Shown: piece after piece, positions 50,301 through 63,875 of the stretch
How positions within the stretch are numbered: position 1 is the first letter of the stretch
Layout: every line of letters starts with the position of its first letter
Notes under the pieces: generated by a model
Databases searched by the model: none
What the model saw: the letters and a program-made list of their open reading frames with translations, nothing else
What the model was told of the DNA's origin: nothing
Origin: Saccostrea cucullata
Lineage: Eukaryota
Direction of reading: 5' to 3'
Assembly: GCF_032062105.1 (NCBI RefSeq)
Contig: NW_026924258.1
Coordinates: 1-64,000, forward strand
Length of the DNA stretch: 64,000 bases
Made by a program: the position numbers and the translations under genes

Positions 50301-53300
50301 CGTACTTGGTGGTATTTGTGGTGGAAGTGTTGTTTCAACAATCCCAGAAGTTTTGGATTTCTGAGAGGAAGAATCTTGAACAATTTTGGAATTCACTTCT
50401 AGAACAGTCGCACCGGTCGTGACTTCATTTGGCAGAATAGTGATGACTTCTAAATTTTTCATAGTACTCGATTCCACAGGTTGTTGAATATTGATATCTC
50501 CATTCAGAGTTTGACGAGTTTCTTTGGTGGTCTCTACTTTCAGGCTTCCTTGGTTAGGAATGACTTCCCATTTTCCTCCATTGGAGAACATGCTAGAACC
50601 AGACGATGCACTGTTTGATTGCGAACTTGAAGATACTGAAAAGGAGGATGATGAGGAAGAAAAGGAAGAAGACGAAACCATGGGCTTTGAAGATATCTTC
50701 CTCACCGTTGTTGTATTGACCTCAACCGACTCGGTTCTGGGAGTGTCAGGTCGAACTTGTTGCGAGTTAGATGCTAGTTTATGTGCAATTTTTCGGGAAG
50801 GATTGGGTTCTCTCTTCTCTAACAATATTTTTTCTATCGCTTCAGATTTTACATTTGGTAAAAAGTTATTAGGATTCAGAGTTTTGCTGGTATCTTTGTT
50901 TCTTTGGCCCATCAATGTGAGTTCACGTCTGGCAGAAAAAGAATTCGTAGCTTCTTTCCGTGGGGAGAAGTTTCCGCCCAGTGTGACTTCCATTCTCTGT
51001 GTTTGTGTGTTTGCAGTATTAACTCTGTTTTTACCCTCCTCTACTGTTTGGATATCTTCTTTAACTTTCACCCTTTGATTGTCTATCTGCTTTTCCTGTT
51101 GTAGAGTTACTTGTCCTGATTCTTTTGTGGATGACACTACTTCAGATCTAACCTCAGGAATAACCGGCTTCTGCATCTTTGTTTCAGCTTCCATCGACAC
51201 CTGGCCTACGTCTTGATGTCTCTGACTTGACATCTTCTGGGTCATTAAAAAGGAATTTTTGGCTTCAGTTTCAGACACTTGAGACATTTTACTGTATCCA
51301 AGATCAGCTGGGCGGCTAGAGAGTGATCCTCCGGTAATAGTAAGAGAGGGCCCCGACATTGACGAGGGAAGTACGTAATTGTTGTTATTGCTGGGAATAA
51401 CAACAGTCTGAGGATATAAAGCCTCGCTTTCGGGTTTAGATGATTTTTGATCTACAATGACTTCAGTTCTTTTAATGGAAACTGTTTTGTCTGTCTTTGT
51501 CTGTGGAGCTACTAATTCTCTTGATTTTGTTTTAGCGGAAATCACCGGCTTTGATAATACCAATTCCTTTTCTAACGTGGATCCTTTATTGATTTTGGAA
51601 GAAACATTAATTTTCGGTAATGCAGGTTGTGACAAGGCTGGCTTTGTCTCTTTGTCCATATTTGTTGTATCGATTTTAACGTTTTCAGTCTGTGTTGTCA
51701 AAACATCTGACTTTGCCTCGTTTTGAGTTTGGATTTCAGCTCCAGACATCTGGTGACCATTTGAAGATATGTGCTTTGTTATAGTTGTATTTGTGATATT
51801 TGTTGAAATTGAAGGACGATTTACGTTAGACCGGACCTGCTGATTTACGTTCACCTCTGCAGATCCACCAAGGGTTTGTATTGGCACGCCTCCAGATCCA
51901 CTAAAAGATGACATTCTATTTAAAATAGTTTTCCCGTTGAGAAAATCTCTCGCAGAGATTCTTAAGCCGCCTTGATTTCTGCTCTGGACAAAAGATGGTG
52001 TTACTCCGCGGTTCTTCTTTCTTATCTCGGTACGGATTACTTTTTTAATACCACTGGGTGTATTTGTGACTTGAACGGTTTGAATAGTCTCAGCATTTCC
52101 ACCTTGTTTCACGTGTTTTACAAGCTTTCTTAGTTTCTCTAAAGCCAAGGAAACAGCTGAATGTGGTTTTCTGTCTATTCCGCTATGGGTGTTGTTAACA
52201 ACAAAAGAGACGGTATGAACCGTTTTTGGTCCTGGGATCCCCGGAATCACCCTTGATGCCAACCCACTTCTGATTGGTACTGAACTGTCAAAGCCCGAGG
52301 AGGATTCCGATCCTGAGGTTGCTGATGACGCTGACCATTTTACAGACCTTAAAGGAGATGACTGGGACATTGAAGAAGATGAAGACGAAGTTGATGAAGA
52401 TTTAACAACCATAGAGGAAGATCCCATATTTGTCTTGATTGGTGGAAATGGAGGGGAAATAAGCCCAGTTTGTCCTTTCATTGAACCCAGAAGCCCGGAT
52501 GTGTGGCCAGTGTTCCCATTAGCATTAGATCCTGAAAAACTCAATGTGGTTTTCTTTACAGAGAAAGTTCCATGTGCCTGAGTAACTGGGTTTGGAGTCA
52601 CTAGCGTAGTTCTTTTTGAGCGAGATAAAATCTTTCCATTAAACTCTGAGGTTGACTTAAATCGATTAAGAAGGTCTGTAGGATTGATTGTTTCTTTAGC
52701 CTCTGCACCTACTTTGGCGTCGGTGGCCACTTGTTCTTCTACATTTGCCGCTCCCTCCCCGAGGTAAGGCAGCATAATGCCCTTGGGTTTCGGCACATTT
52801 CCAATTGAGACGCTTGGAAAAGCAACATCGACGTCCTTCCTCATCTGCACCTCATTATTAGCCACCTTATTCGATGTGCGAACATTTCCATTAAAATCAA
52901 AAATAGGTACAATTGGTTCGAGTTTGGCTTCGTTTTGTAAGTATCTAAATTCCGATCCCGATGTTTGTTTTTCAGTCGTAGAGGATTTGATATTTCTTTT
53001 GAGAATCGCTTCAGGTGGTAGGATGGCTATGTCTGCGCAGTTGTAATATTCCTCTTGTGGTCCACATCCGGTACGGCTGGTGCCATCCGGGCACTTTCCC
53101 CAGTTCATAGCTGCAATAAAGAACCAAAATTTATTTTGATAACATAATTATTTTGGTAACCATAGTTATTTATTTTTTTAACAAATACTGATCACAACTA
53201 CTAAACAATGATTTTGAAAGTCGTTTGGTGTATTTTTATTTACGACCTTAATATTGAGAGTGACTTAAAAGCTATACATATGTAGTAGTCCGAAGAATTA

Positions 53301-54007
53301 GGTGGTAATGAAGTCTAATGAAGTCCCACATAAAAAAAGAATGTTTCTTGTACAAAAAAATGATATTTTTAAAAGATCAAATCAGTGAGTGTTTTCTTCT
53401 GATTATGTTTTCACCTAATTTTAGGAAATACCGTAAATCTGGAAATTTTTGCTGTAGATAATTTTTTGTTTTGCATTAGCAAAAATATTTTTCTAAAAAT
53501 AAATTTAAGAAAATGTAAACAAAATACAAAATTTTGAAACGTAAAAAATATTTTCGCAAAATAAAAGGTAAAAATTCCATTTGTACATAAAATAGGGTAT
53601 TCCATGTTATAAAGAATTAATAGAAATGACCTTCGACCTCAGACCACTTTATATCGGAATGTTTACATATCTATCTCTTTTAACGAAAATAAGAGTCTTT
53701 CTTTCTTCTTTTTTTTACTGATTAGTATTCATTACTGTTGAACTTCATTCAAATCTACTCATGTTAATAAATGAAGAAAAAGAGATAAGATTTCTTCTCT
53801 CTCCTGTTTAACCAAAACCAGACTCACAGAAAATCACACGTATTTCATTTTTTGGACAGTTTATATCATGCCCACACGTCAAGTCCAAAGACCATCAAGT
53901 AAAAAAATTGAGTAGTAAGATTTGTTTTTATGACTATCATTTTATTACCTAAAGCAGCTCTCTTATTAAATTTTTTTCGCTTTTCTTCTTCTTCTTCTTC
54001 TTTTTTT

Positions 54008-54046
<39 letters not shown>

Positions 54047-57000
54047 CTAATGAATTTTTTTCAAAAACCTTTGAAATTAATATATTATAGAAAAATTGAT
54101 TATTTCATTTTCAAAAAAGATTACATTTAGGTTAAAAGAAATAAATAAAAGATTCAAATGATCTATTTACTTTTCAACTGATCTTTTTCCTTGTCTGATT
54201 TTTTTAGGGGGGAAGGTAAATGAAATTTTTCAATGCTCTTGAGGTTAACATACATTTTTTACCAAACAAAAAAATGATTTTGACATTTCGACAAAGAATA
54301 CTTTAACGTAATTAGAAATAGTAACTATTACAGGACATATTAGATTTTTTTCAATTGAAGTTTTATTGATCAATTAATTACAAAATTTATTTATTGGTAT
54401 AAAAAAATTATGAACCATATGTTTAGATTCAAAACTCTGTAATGTATAAATTAAAAAAAAAATGGAGTTAAATATTATTGTGTTTGTTTGTTTTTCGTTG
54501 TTTCTTATTTGTATAACATAGCATACCCTCGGGCATGTGCATTGACATGTGTAATCCATGACCATTTTAAGGACAATAAAAGGCTTGTTTTTCTCCCGTA
54601 CGGTTATCATTAAGTCTGCATAAAAATGTCCGAAACAATTTGCCGCCGTTTAATGTGATGGTCATACACAGGTCACGCGCGCGGTCATAATTTTGTAATT
54701 TAAAGAAACCGCTATGAAGATTAATCTGCAATGTATGGCGATTAAAGTCAGATCTATACATCTATACATATTATGGGTATTTACACAATGTACATTATAA
54801 TTTCATATGGTACAAACTCGATTTATTTAGAAATGCCTTTTGCCCTTTTAATAATTTACTAATTCATTTATTTATTTTGGGATACCTCAATAACAAAAAA
54901 TTACCATGCTGCCAAATCCCATTCACTTTTACTTGTGAATAGAATTTTGTATAAAATAAAAAGTACCCCATTTCTATCTAACTAAATTTCAGTACCCCGC
55001 AGTTCAAACTCGCATTTTCTTACTTTATTATTCATAAACATACATACTTTAACAACCAATAATTTGTTTTGATGTACTTTTTTCTTTTCAATTAAATCGT
55101 TTCAGACATCCTTCTGAGCCCTTTTTATAAACCATTCACATATTCCTCGATTTAAGTCTTAAAAGTTTTAAACGTTTGTACGGGATACAGAGACCTGAGA
55201 CTTCAAACTAAAAAGCTTGGAGGACTCCAGTTTTTTCAGGCATTATAAACTCAGTCTGAAATTTATGCATTACGTGTTTTAAAAGTGTGTCGAGACAATT
55301 ATCGATACATAAATGATTGTTACCATAACTTGGCTCGAAGATTCGAATTCTAGTTTGAACAATTCATTAGAAAACCAGATCTCTAAGCGAATTGTCTCTT
55401 GTAAAATAGATTAATGCTTCACAAAGTAATAGAGCTCAATTTTGAAGTATTGATGTTTAAACTGTCATTGAGTTATGGTAAGAATTAGTTGCGTATCTTT
55501 TACACGGAATACGTGTTTGTGGCTCTGGCCTTGAAAATCATCAATTATCTACATGTACCTGTTCGCCATTTCCACTGCAAAACACATCTTTCACATGCGA
55601 CCCCGCTCGGAAGTAGAATTCTCAGGTGGACCATACCCTCTTGCATCGGTTCAAAGCGCTTTCCGTGACCATCAATCTCCAAAGGATATCTATCCAAACA
55701 CGCCTGCGTCACCGGAACTGAATCTGATACTTCCGGACACAAACGGAATTCAAAATATCCTCTCATGTTTTTCTTCACTTCCACAATAGCGTTTATAATA
55801 GTGTCATTTGTACTGTAGTACCGGGAAATAAGTCCATTTGAAAATTTCCCGCCAACCTCGTTTGAATGAGGTGTGACGTCATGAGGGTCACCACAAACCC
55901 CACATTTCCCAGAATTCAACTGCCACTGGCGCTGCAAGTAAAAACGAAGAATTTGATACACATTCACTTTTTTTTTAAATGTATGCACTTATAATATGCA
56001 CAATTGAGCTCTTCTTTACATGGCATTCATCAATTTTTATTTCAGTGTATTGCATTTAAGTTTCAAATGATAAAAATCATGTCTAAAACTGTGTATCTAT
56101 TATAACAGCATGAGTGAGCATCCTTGTTTCTCAAGAAAGTCCTTTTAATCTTGACCTCTGTTATAATAATTTATTTATTAATTAGAGTAATTTCATAAAT
56201 CTGATTGTCTTGTGTCGATTGGTCGTGAGGCAATGCAGTCATGTATTTCGCATATATATATTATCGTTCTCTATGGATAAACATGCAAACATCAAACAAT
56301 TTTCGGCCAATGTCCTTTTTCCGCTTGGTTGCTTTTTTCTTTTACAGTTGCCACATTAATCTTTTTTATCTACTTAATAAGACAGTTTATAAATAGATAC
56401 ATTTATAGAGCCGCGTGCTCGATTAAGATTGTTTTATTGAAATTTCATGACTGTGTATTTATTATTTGACATGGAAACACGTTGAATGTGTCCCTATGTA
56501 GAATTCAGCTGTCAACATTTCTGTATCACATTTGATTGTGTTCAAAAATATCGCTGTTTTAACAGGGTATAAGGTATCAGGCGTATGAAATCTGATAGGA
56601 TAATAATTTTACATTCAGAAAAAAAAAATTGAGGCACTAAATTTTAATACATATATAACAGATGTTCTCGGCAAGCTCAGATAATTTATATCTTTATACG
56701 AGAAAAAAAAAACAATTAAAAAGGGGGATTTTAAAAACACGAATTATAGCATTGAAACTATGTGTAAGATAAATTAATATCAGATAGAAATGTTTTTCCT
56801 GAAATATGTATTTTAAATTTTTCTGTAACGACATTAACAAGAAATGGAATAATCTATATAAGACAAATTGGGAAATCTTTCTTACCCAGTATCCTCCGCA
56901 GTTCAATCCATCATCATCACGATTGATTGGACTTTTAAATCCTCGTCGCCATAGTGATGACCTTTGTGCTGGTTCTAAAAGGCGCCCTCTGGCGTTAATA

Positions 57001-58827
57001 AGTGATACTAAAGTTGAAACAAAGGCGGCAGCAAAAAATATACTGAAAGAAAAAAATACATCTCTAGCTATCTAAGATTCAAAGGTCAACTGACAACTCT
57101 AAATGTAGATGTGTGCAAGTTTTATGAAATTATATTATTCTGTCGAAAAAATCAACATTTTCAATTTATGCGAAGAATATGATTATATATATGTTGTGCA
57201 ACTTTTAAAAATCTTTCATTAGGTTTGTTGATATATTCCCCTCATAACAATGATAATATATTTTTCATCTTAGCAAAAAGTATATGTATTTAGGTATATT
57301 TTTTGTGCCACTTTGAAAAAAAATCTCATGATATCAACAGTCCATTGGCCTTTTTATATTCCAGATTATTTGAATCGTGGGAAGATGAGCTTATTTGTCA
57401 ACGGGCCATTCTATTACCCTGTCATTTGTGATTCTTTATGTCCGGAGATGTAGAATAATAAAAAAGATCATGCGTTATGCAAAGGTCAAAAGTTGAGATG
57501 AATTCACCATAGTTCTTCATAAATGTGTCTGCGTGAAGACTTAATTTCATGTTACTAGTTTCAAATGTTTTTCTCCGATTCTTATATAGAATTATTTTCT
57601 TATATCGACGATGCATTTTTTTTACTATGGTTTTATTTCAGTAGTTGGTACTTGAAATCATAGACCCACTTTACACATAGAAATGTCAGCATGGAATTCG
57701 AATTGCTTTGGCATCAAAAAGTTCTTGAAAATTTTCATGTACAATATATTATTTTATAATTTTTTTAAAAAGAAAAAGTGGGTAATTTTTGTAAGATATA
57801 CGTGTGTACAATAAGTTTGAATAATTTCTTTTAAAATCATGAGGCTGATGATTATTTCAAAAGTGACGTCATAGTCTTTATCGTTTACCTATATCTGTTT
57901 TATTTCATATAAAAAAATATCAGTTGATGACACTACTGTAAACAAAATATATTGTTCTTATACATGAACGTATACATTTTTATGTTTGAGAATACATGTT
58001 ACCAAGTGATACAGAATATTCTTCAATTATATTAAGTTTCCAGTAAATGTCGCCACCATAATTATTTTATGATCTTCGCATCTTGCCCGCTGATCTCGCG
58101 ATATCTCGGTAAATCTCGTAATGGATACAGCACTCTATTTTTGATAGGATGAACGTGTCTGCGGTTTTTTTATGTGGCGACGGCTTGCTGGGGACCAGAA
58201 CTCAATTTAGAAATGTCATTTCAAAAATAGATTTCTTCAATATAACAATAAACAAAGACTACTAGATGAAAATATTCCCATTTAAATTTTATTATCACTG
58301 CGAATGTTGTATTAATATATATTTAATTTTTTTGTCTTGTTCAAGGAGGAAGTTGTAGAAATCAAAATCAGAGCATCTCATGAATATATAAGAATTTTAA
58401 AGTTATTCTTAAAAATATTGCTAACTTCTTTTGAATATTCTTTCATTCTAGCTTTTAGTTCCTTTCACTATTTCTTGACTTTTTTAAAAGTAGATTTTTA
58501 TATTAGTAAAACATTTTGCATAAAAAAATATCGTCATGCCTATGTTTATTAAACATCTCTGCTTTGAAAAAAATATTGCAATGTAATCAATCATGATGTC
58601 AATTAGATAAAAATGAATCATATGATTAGATTAGCTATACATTAAGTACAGTAACTTCTTTTTTTCTGATAAAATTAGTAGTTTTTAAGCTATGGGTTAA
58701 CTTGATAAATCAGAAAGCAACCAAATTTTTGATTAAATTAATATTTGGTTAAAATATTTTTTTTTCTTGTAAAACTGCAAAAAAGCATGAAAATAAACAT
58801 TTACCTTTTCCTCTTAAAGCGAATCAT
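44326..58827 (-). CDS. Gene E: giant secreted AA15-type LPMO-like (chitin-binding type-4) protein lacking the histidine brace, with a Ser/Thr-rich region of about 2100 aa and a Gly/Ala/Trp-rich C-terminus (about 2667 aa)
   Basis: Exons 58827-58805 (MIRFKRK), 57042-56886 (SIFFAAAFVSTLVSLINA-RGRLLEPAQRSSLWRRGF..LNCGGYW), 55931-55559 (GKCGVCGDP..KKNMRGYFEFRLCP..CERCVLQWKWRT), 53110-46702 (NWGKCPDGTSRTGCGPQEEYYNCADIAI, then low complexity), 45367-44326. The 8004 nt join in frame with GT-AG introns. Confidence 0.88.
45553..46535 (+). mobile_element. Degenerate mariner-like transposon in the last intron of gene E
   Basis: TA|CGAAGGTCATTCAAAAAGTTCGTAGAC ... GTCTACGTATTTTTTGAATGACCCTCG|TA. The remnant KLKIQFLSGIEFESDDEL resembles the mariner transposase C-terminal LxGxxFxSDEE motif. 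Confidence 0.75.
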
Positions 58828-60903
58828 GGTCCTAAATTTATGAATCGCACACTCCCTCTTCAAAGGGAGAACAAATGTTAGCGACTTCCAAACTCGAAGT
58901 CTCTGGCGCAGCGCTCGGTCGGACCCAAATCTTGCTAATGCTTGTCCACGAAAGAAGGAAACGGATTGTGATCAGGGATATACATCAGTAGGACCGCAAT
59001 AGACAGTTTTATTTCTCCATAACTTGGACATTACCGAGGAGATTATTTTTTTCTTTATTTATGGGGTTCGGCAAGGGCACCCATTATGGGGCTATTGTTT
59101 TATAACAAGTTTTGTCCAACATTTTTATTTTTATTTATTTATTTATTTTTTTTTTTGATATCAGTAAAAAGATACATAACAAATAATAACCTAAAATTTT
59201 ATTTTGAATTTAGATATATTCCTGTGTAATCTGGACTTTTTTATATAAACGAATTTTTAAAAATATATTTGGTCTTTCTTGCGTATCAAATATTGATGAT
59301 TATGTTGGTTTCAAGTGTATTCCATCTAACTTTCTTTGAATTTTAAACAACGCTTGTACATCTTGTATCGTCTTTCAATTTTTACAATTATTTATGAATC
59401 AGCAAGGGTTTTCTTTAAAAGTTATGCGTAAATGTGTGCCCTTTCCTCACCCGTTAAGGATAGCATTGATTTTTTTTTTACTGGAATATAAAGTATTCAC
59501 AATTTAAAAAAAAAATAATTAATATTGTAAACAATTTAATTACATTTATTTAAATTACAAATGAAAAAACAAAACATTAAAATATTTAAGATTCATACTT
59601 AAGGTACCTAAATCATAAGTGACGAAAACACAATTAGTTTAATCATTAATATCACGGTAAAGTTCTATTTTACAGGGGAATAAATTTTAATTTTTTCTTT
59701 CCTTCTGGGATCCCCAGAGGTGGACACACGAACATGTAACGTCTGCTTGAAGGTGTCCTTTCGTTTTGTAATTATCCCATCGTAATTGTTGCATTAACAC
59801 ATTAAACGATGTCTTCCGAGATGTGCCTGTGTATTAAAGCCCAGGTAATTATCGCCCCTCTTTACGACTGTGCACTTGCGCTATGCACCGTATTTTATGC
59901 AGAATATGGTGCAATGATTGAAATTTAAGTATCATTGATTAATTGCTTGACACAAGGTCAAAGGGCGAGAATATCGTTGTGTTTACGAGATCTGACGCGA
60001 TAATTGAGGGGTTCCGAAGTGTTTTCGGGGTTGTTGGCGTAAAAGTCGTCACGATAATATGCGAGATGCACGTGCCATGACAAAAAACCACAGAAAACAG
60101 CATGAAAACGATATATAGAGTAAATCTGTACAGTTATACAAAATAATAGGATTTAAAGAAATGCAACAAATTACATAACAGAACTAGTACATTTATACAA
60201 ACGTAGCTATTATATCAATTTCGACAGGTCCATATTATGATACATATTTTTTTTAAAACATCAATTTGATAAAGGTTGTATTGTTAAGATGTACATGTCA
60301 TTGATTTTTTGAAATGTAGCATCACACCTCATAATTATCTTGTTAAGGTACATGTACATGTTGAATTTAATTTTTCTCTACATAACAAAAAACCAAAGAC
60401 TGTTCAATCTATTTTGACATAAATATTATGTAATGTTCTTTCTACATTTATTATTTCATCTCAGTTTTCGTTCTCTATTACAATTACATGTACCTAAAGA
60501 CTGTTTTACAAATTCCTGACAAAATATAATTATGTGAAATATCACATTTTAATTTTAAAGTCAAAAGATCACTAAAACGTTTGTTATACTGAAACAATTG
60601 TTTTCCAGTTAACATTCAAAATGCACAACTTACTCCAGGGTCGTAGAAAGCAATTTTGTTTTTGGTGGTGGTGGTTGGGGGGAGGGGTTACAGGTTACAG
60701 CGAATATTAATATTTTAGGGCGGGGGTCTTTGACAAAAAATCTTTGACAAGCAAAAAAAAAATCATTAAAAAAGAACATTAAACTTCATAACTGGGGCGG
60801 GAACAAGCATATAGTTGCTGCTAATGGTATATAATCTATACATCGGCAAAAATTTTAGGATGGAGGATGGCTCATGCTCCCGGTTTCTACGGTCATCATT
60901 ATT

Positions 60904-61237
60904 TAAGGAATAACTGTCTTATTTTTTGATTTCATGAAGTGATCAATCGATTGGCTTGCGTGATAATTTGCATAAACACCGAAGGCGTTTATGCATAAAA
61001 TTATCACGCAAGCCAATCGATTGATCATCTTCATGAAATTGAAAAATCTGACAGTTATTCCTTATATTTACATGCTTTGATTCCGCCAATCCACGTGCTC
61101 CAGGCCCTGCTTCGTCTAGCTGTTTGTTCCGCCCTACACGAGGTTTTTTTGGAACCGCACCAATACATTGATGGAGAAATAAAGTACATTTACATTTGGT
61201 AATTTTATCTCGGACAAAGACATTGGAAATGTAAATA
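60904..61237. mobile_element. Non-autonomous DNA element with a 161-bp palindrome (same architecture as 191-1123)
   Basis: Inverted repeat 60904-61064 centred on CCGAAGG (60979-60985), followed by TATTTACAT ... ATGTAAATA. Confidence 0.6.
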
Positions 61238-61261
61238 TTCTGAACATGAATGTTAGTTTCA

Positions 61262-61560
61262 TTGCATTGATTGATTGTATATTGGTAAACGTCCCTTTCG
61301 AGAATTTTTCACTGACGTCACCGTATGCCGGTGAAGGGCTGTAAAATTTAGACCTATACTTGGCATTTGTGGCAATTGTGTGAGGGTTCTTTATCCTGCC
61401 AACGTCTACTTGACACGGGACCTACGTTTTTAAGGTCATATCCGAAAGACCCGTGACTTTCACTTCAAGCGCCGAAGGCGAAGGAACAGTCACTACAGTC
61501 ACCACGAATGAGCCTCCCGATCACGAAGCGAAAACTCTACCACTAGGCTACCGTAACCGG
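61262..61560 (-). mobile_element. tRNA-derived SINE
   Basis: Homologous to 7012-7300 (ATTGATTGTAT..AACGTCCCT.TCGAGAATTTTTCACT); minus-strand head CGGTAGCCTAGTGGTAGAG. Confidence 0.7.
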
Positions 61561-62121
61561 TTTCATTAATATTGCATTGATCGTTGTACTGACGTTGTTC
61601 AAATATAGATCAGTTCTGTATACCAGAGTTAATTAGTATATTATGCAATTTTTAAAATATTCATGTTGGCAGTAGAAACAAAGGTATTTGGGTATTTGTT
61701 TAAATTCAATAATAATACTCTGGAGATGGGTAGGGTTGGTATGGAAGCACTTAAGTAAACATGTATTTGCACTGCAATGTAAACACTACACCAAGAGCAA
61801 AAAAATCCTTTGCTATTCTACGTTCTACCTGATGGGACTTTTTCTGCTTATAACCCAAGGTCCTTAAGTTTTTTTGCACTGTGAACTTGTATTGTCCCCA
61901 TTCCTGTTTTTGGTTACTTACAAACTGATGAAATAAAACTAAATTATTATTAATATCTATCTTTCTATAGATTTACATATACTTCCAACACCGTGACATA
62001 TAAAGATAAGAAGCATGTGACCCCTCAATCTCAGAATTCGTGGGTTTCACAAATTCATTCAGTAAAATTGTCCCTTATCTCTCATTTCCTCTCTTCCCTC
62101 TTAATCCGTGTGTCACAAAAA

Positions 62122-63875
62122 ATGCAGGGAGGAAATTCGGACTACACCCATGAAAAGAATAAGAAACAATGGTCTTCCTTGCTTTTGATGTGCATTCTCA
62201 TTGTTTTGTGTGTTTTCTTAGTCGTTATCGGCGTGTTTTTGTTTCTTCAATATAAGGAAATAGAGGACTTGAAATTCAGAGTTACTCTTCTTGAAAAAGA
62301 AAAGGTGATATCAAGGGTCGAGAGTTTCCATGTCAAGGTAAGCAAAGAAAATATGATTTGTTTAAATAATATGAAAATGTCATGGTCTCTGAATTCAATG
62401 ATGTTCTTTTTTATTTTAAAGAAATTACGAACTGCATGTTTATACTTCAGCTAACATGTATACCCAGGAGAAGAGGTCATTTAATATATTGGTCTAGATC
62501 TGTCAATAATTCTATCCTTAGACTAGATATGAAAACAAAATGTCGGATCAGTTTACGACATTTTATAATTTCAACAAAATTGAGTCTGATTTAATTTACA
62601 CCCACCCCTCAAAAATCTAATCAATGAAACAATAGATAAATTATAGATATAATACATTGCATATAGCTCTCTTATTAATTAAATAAACGTTTGGCATTCA
62701 GAAGCTCGTATGTTGTTTATATGTTATCCTCAATATTACAGCTTCTTGCTATCCATCCTACGTATGACACATAAACTTTATAGAAAATAAAATGACTTCA
62801 TTAATGTTGTCTTTTAATTCACAGACTGATAAGGTGATACGAGACAAGCGGCAATTAACAACGGCCCAATACAGCAGCCTTTTACAGGAAATAACACAGA
62901 GACAGGTAAAAGCACAATGACAATGGCGGATTTTTGGGGGGGTAGGCCACCTTAAAATTATAACTTTTGCTGAAAAAAAAAACTGTTTGTAATTTATATA
63001 ACGATTAATTTGAGTTCGAGTTGACTGTTGATTACAATCTAGCATTTGTGCATTAAATAGGGTTAAGGCTGTTTTTTGCCTGGTCGTAAATGAAGTTCTC
63101 AATCATGCATGCAATAACATGTAATTTATTAACCGTATTGCAGAAGCAATAACTATGACCTTCGTATACACTGAAATACATGTACATGACTGGCGCGTAG
63201 CATCGTTTTTGAAAGGGGGGGCAGCCAGAAAAATTTTTTTTTACTTACCTGAAAAAGTTGACAAGCTAAAAAAAAAAAAAAACAAAAAAAAAGCAGAAAA
63301 GGAAAAAGTTGCCCAAAGTTGAAAATCCTATTTCGTGGGGGGGGGGGGGTAAACTTTTTCTCAGTGTCAACTACTTTCAGTACCAATTCTAATGCTACAT
63401 TTTCGGTACATCACTAAAAGTGGGGGGGGGGGGGCAACCAGGCTTTCAATTAACATTTCCTATAGTAGAAGTAAGGTTGGGAAAAAAAGTGTGGGGGGGG
63501 GGGGGGCCAGCCCCCCCCCCCCCTGCCCCCCTCCCCCCTGTTGCTACGCCCCTGCATGAGTTGAAAAACTTAACCATCTTATCTATTCTAAATAAGCTAG
63601 TGATATGAACTTCCTTAATGGAGAATAAAATATATTTGTGAAGATTATGGTTGTTTTCTGTTTTTTAGCTGGATGCCTTAATGTCGAGGTGCGGAAATGC
63701 ATCTAAGATCTGCATACCAGGTACGCCGTCGAACAAACGCGTCAGCATAACATTATCTTTGTGTACATACCTGTATATATATATGCAGTGTTTAGGTCAT
63801 AAGTGCACCGATTTCACTGTTCTTATCTGATTTATGTAGGCCCAAAAGGTGACGCCGGTCTTAAAGGTGACATAG
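62122..63875 (+). CDS. Gene F (5' part): type II membrane collagen-domain protein, paralog of gene B; continues beyond the window
   Basis: Exons 62122-62337 (TM LLLMCILIVLCVFLVVIGVFLFL), 62825-62905 (furin-type RDKR), 63669-63720 (RCGNASKICIP; 52 nt as in gene B), 63840-63875 (GPKGDAGLKGDIG). Confidence 0.85.
63190..63554. mobile_element. G/C-run MITE (hAT-like termini)
   Basis: CTGGCGCGTAGCA / TGCTACGCCCCTG enclosing poly-G and poly-C tracts. Confidence 0.6.

Noticed and set aside
44310-52777. Multiple plus-strand ORFs (e.g. 44310-44888, 47707-48327, 50524-51078)
   Set aside because: Antisense or off-frame shadows of the low-complexity coding exons of gene E.
53980-54050. Poly-T/poly-G tract as a functional G-quadruplex or coding segment
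   Set aside because: Simple homopolymer in an intron, common in this kind of genome and error-prone in assembly.
61993-62121. N-terminal extension of the 153-aa ORF
   Set aside because: Starts at a GTG; the ATG at 62122 matches the start context and cytoplasmic tail length of paralog gene B.
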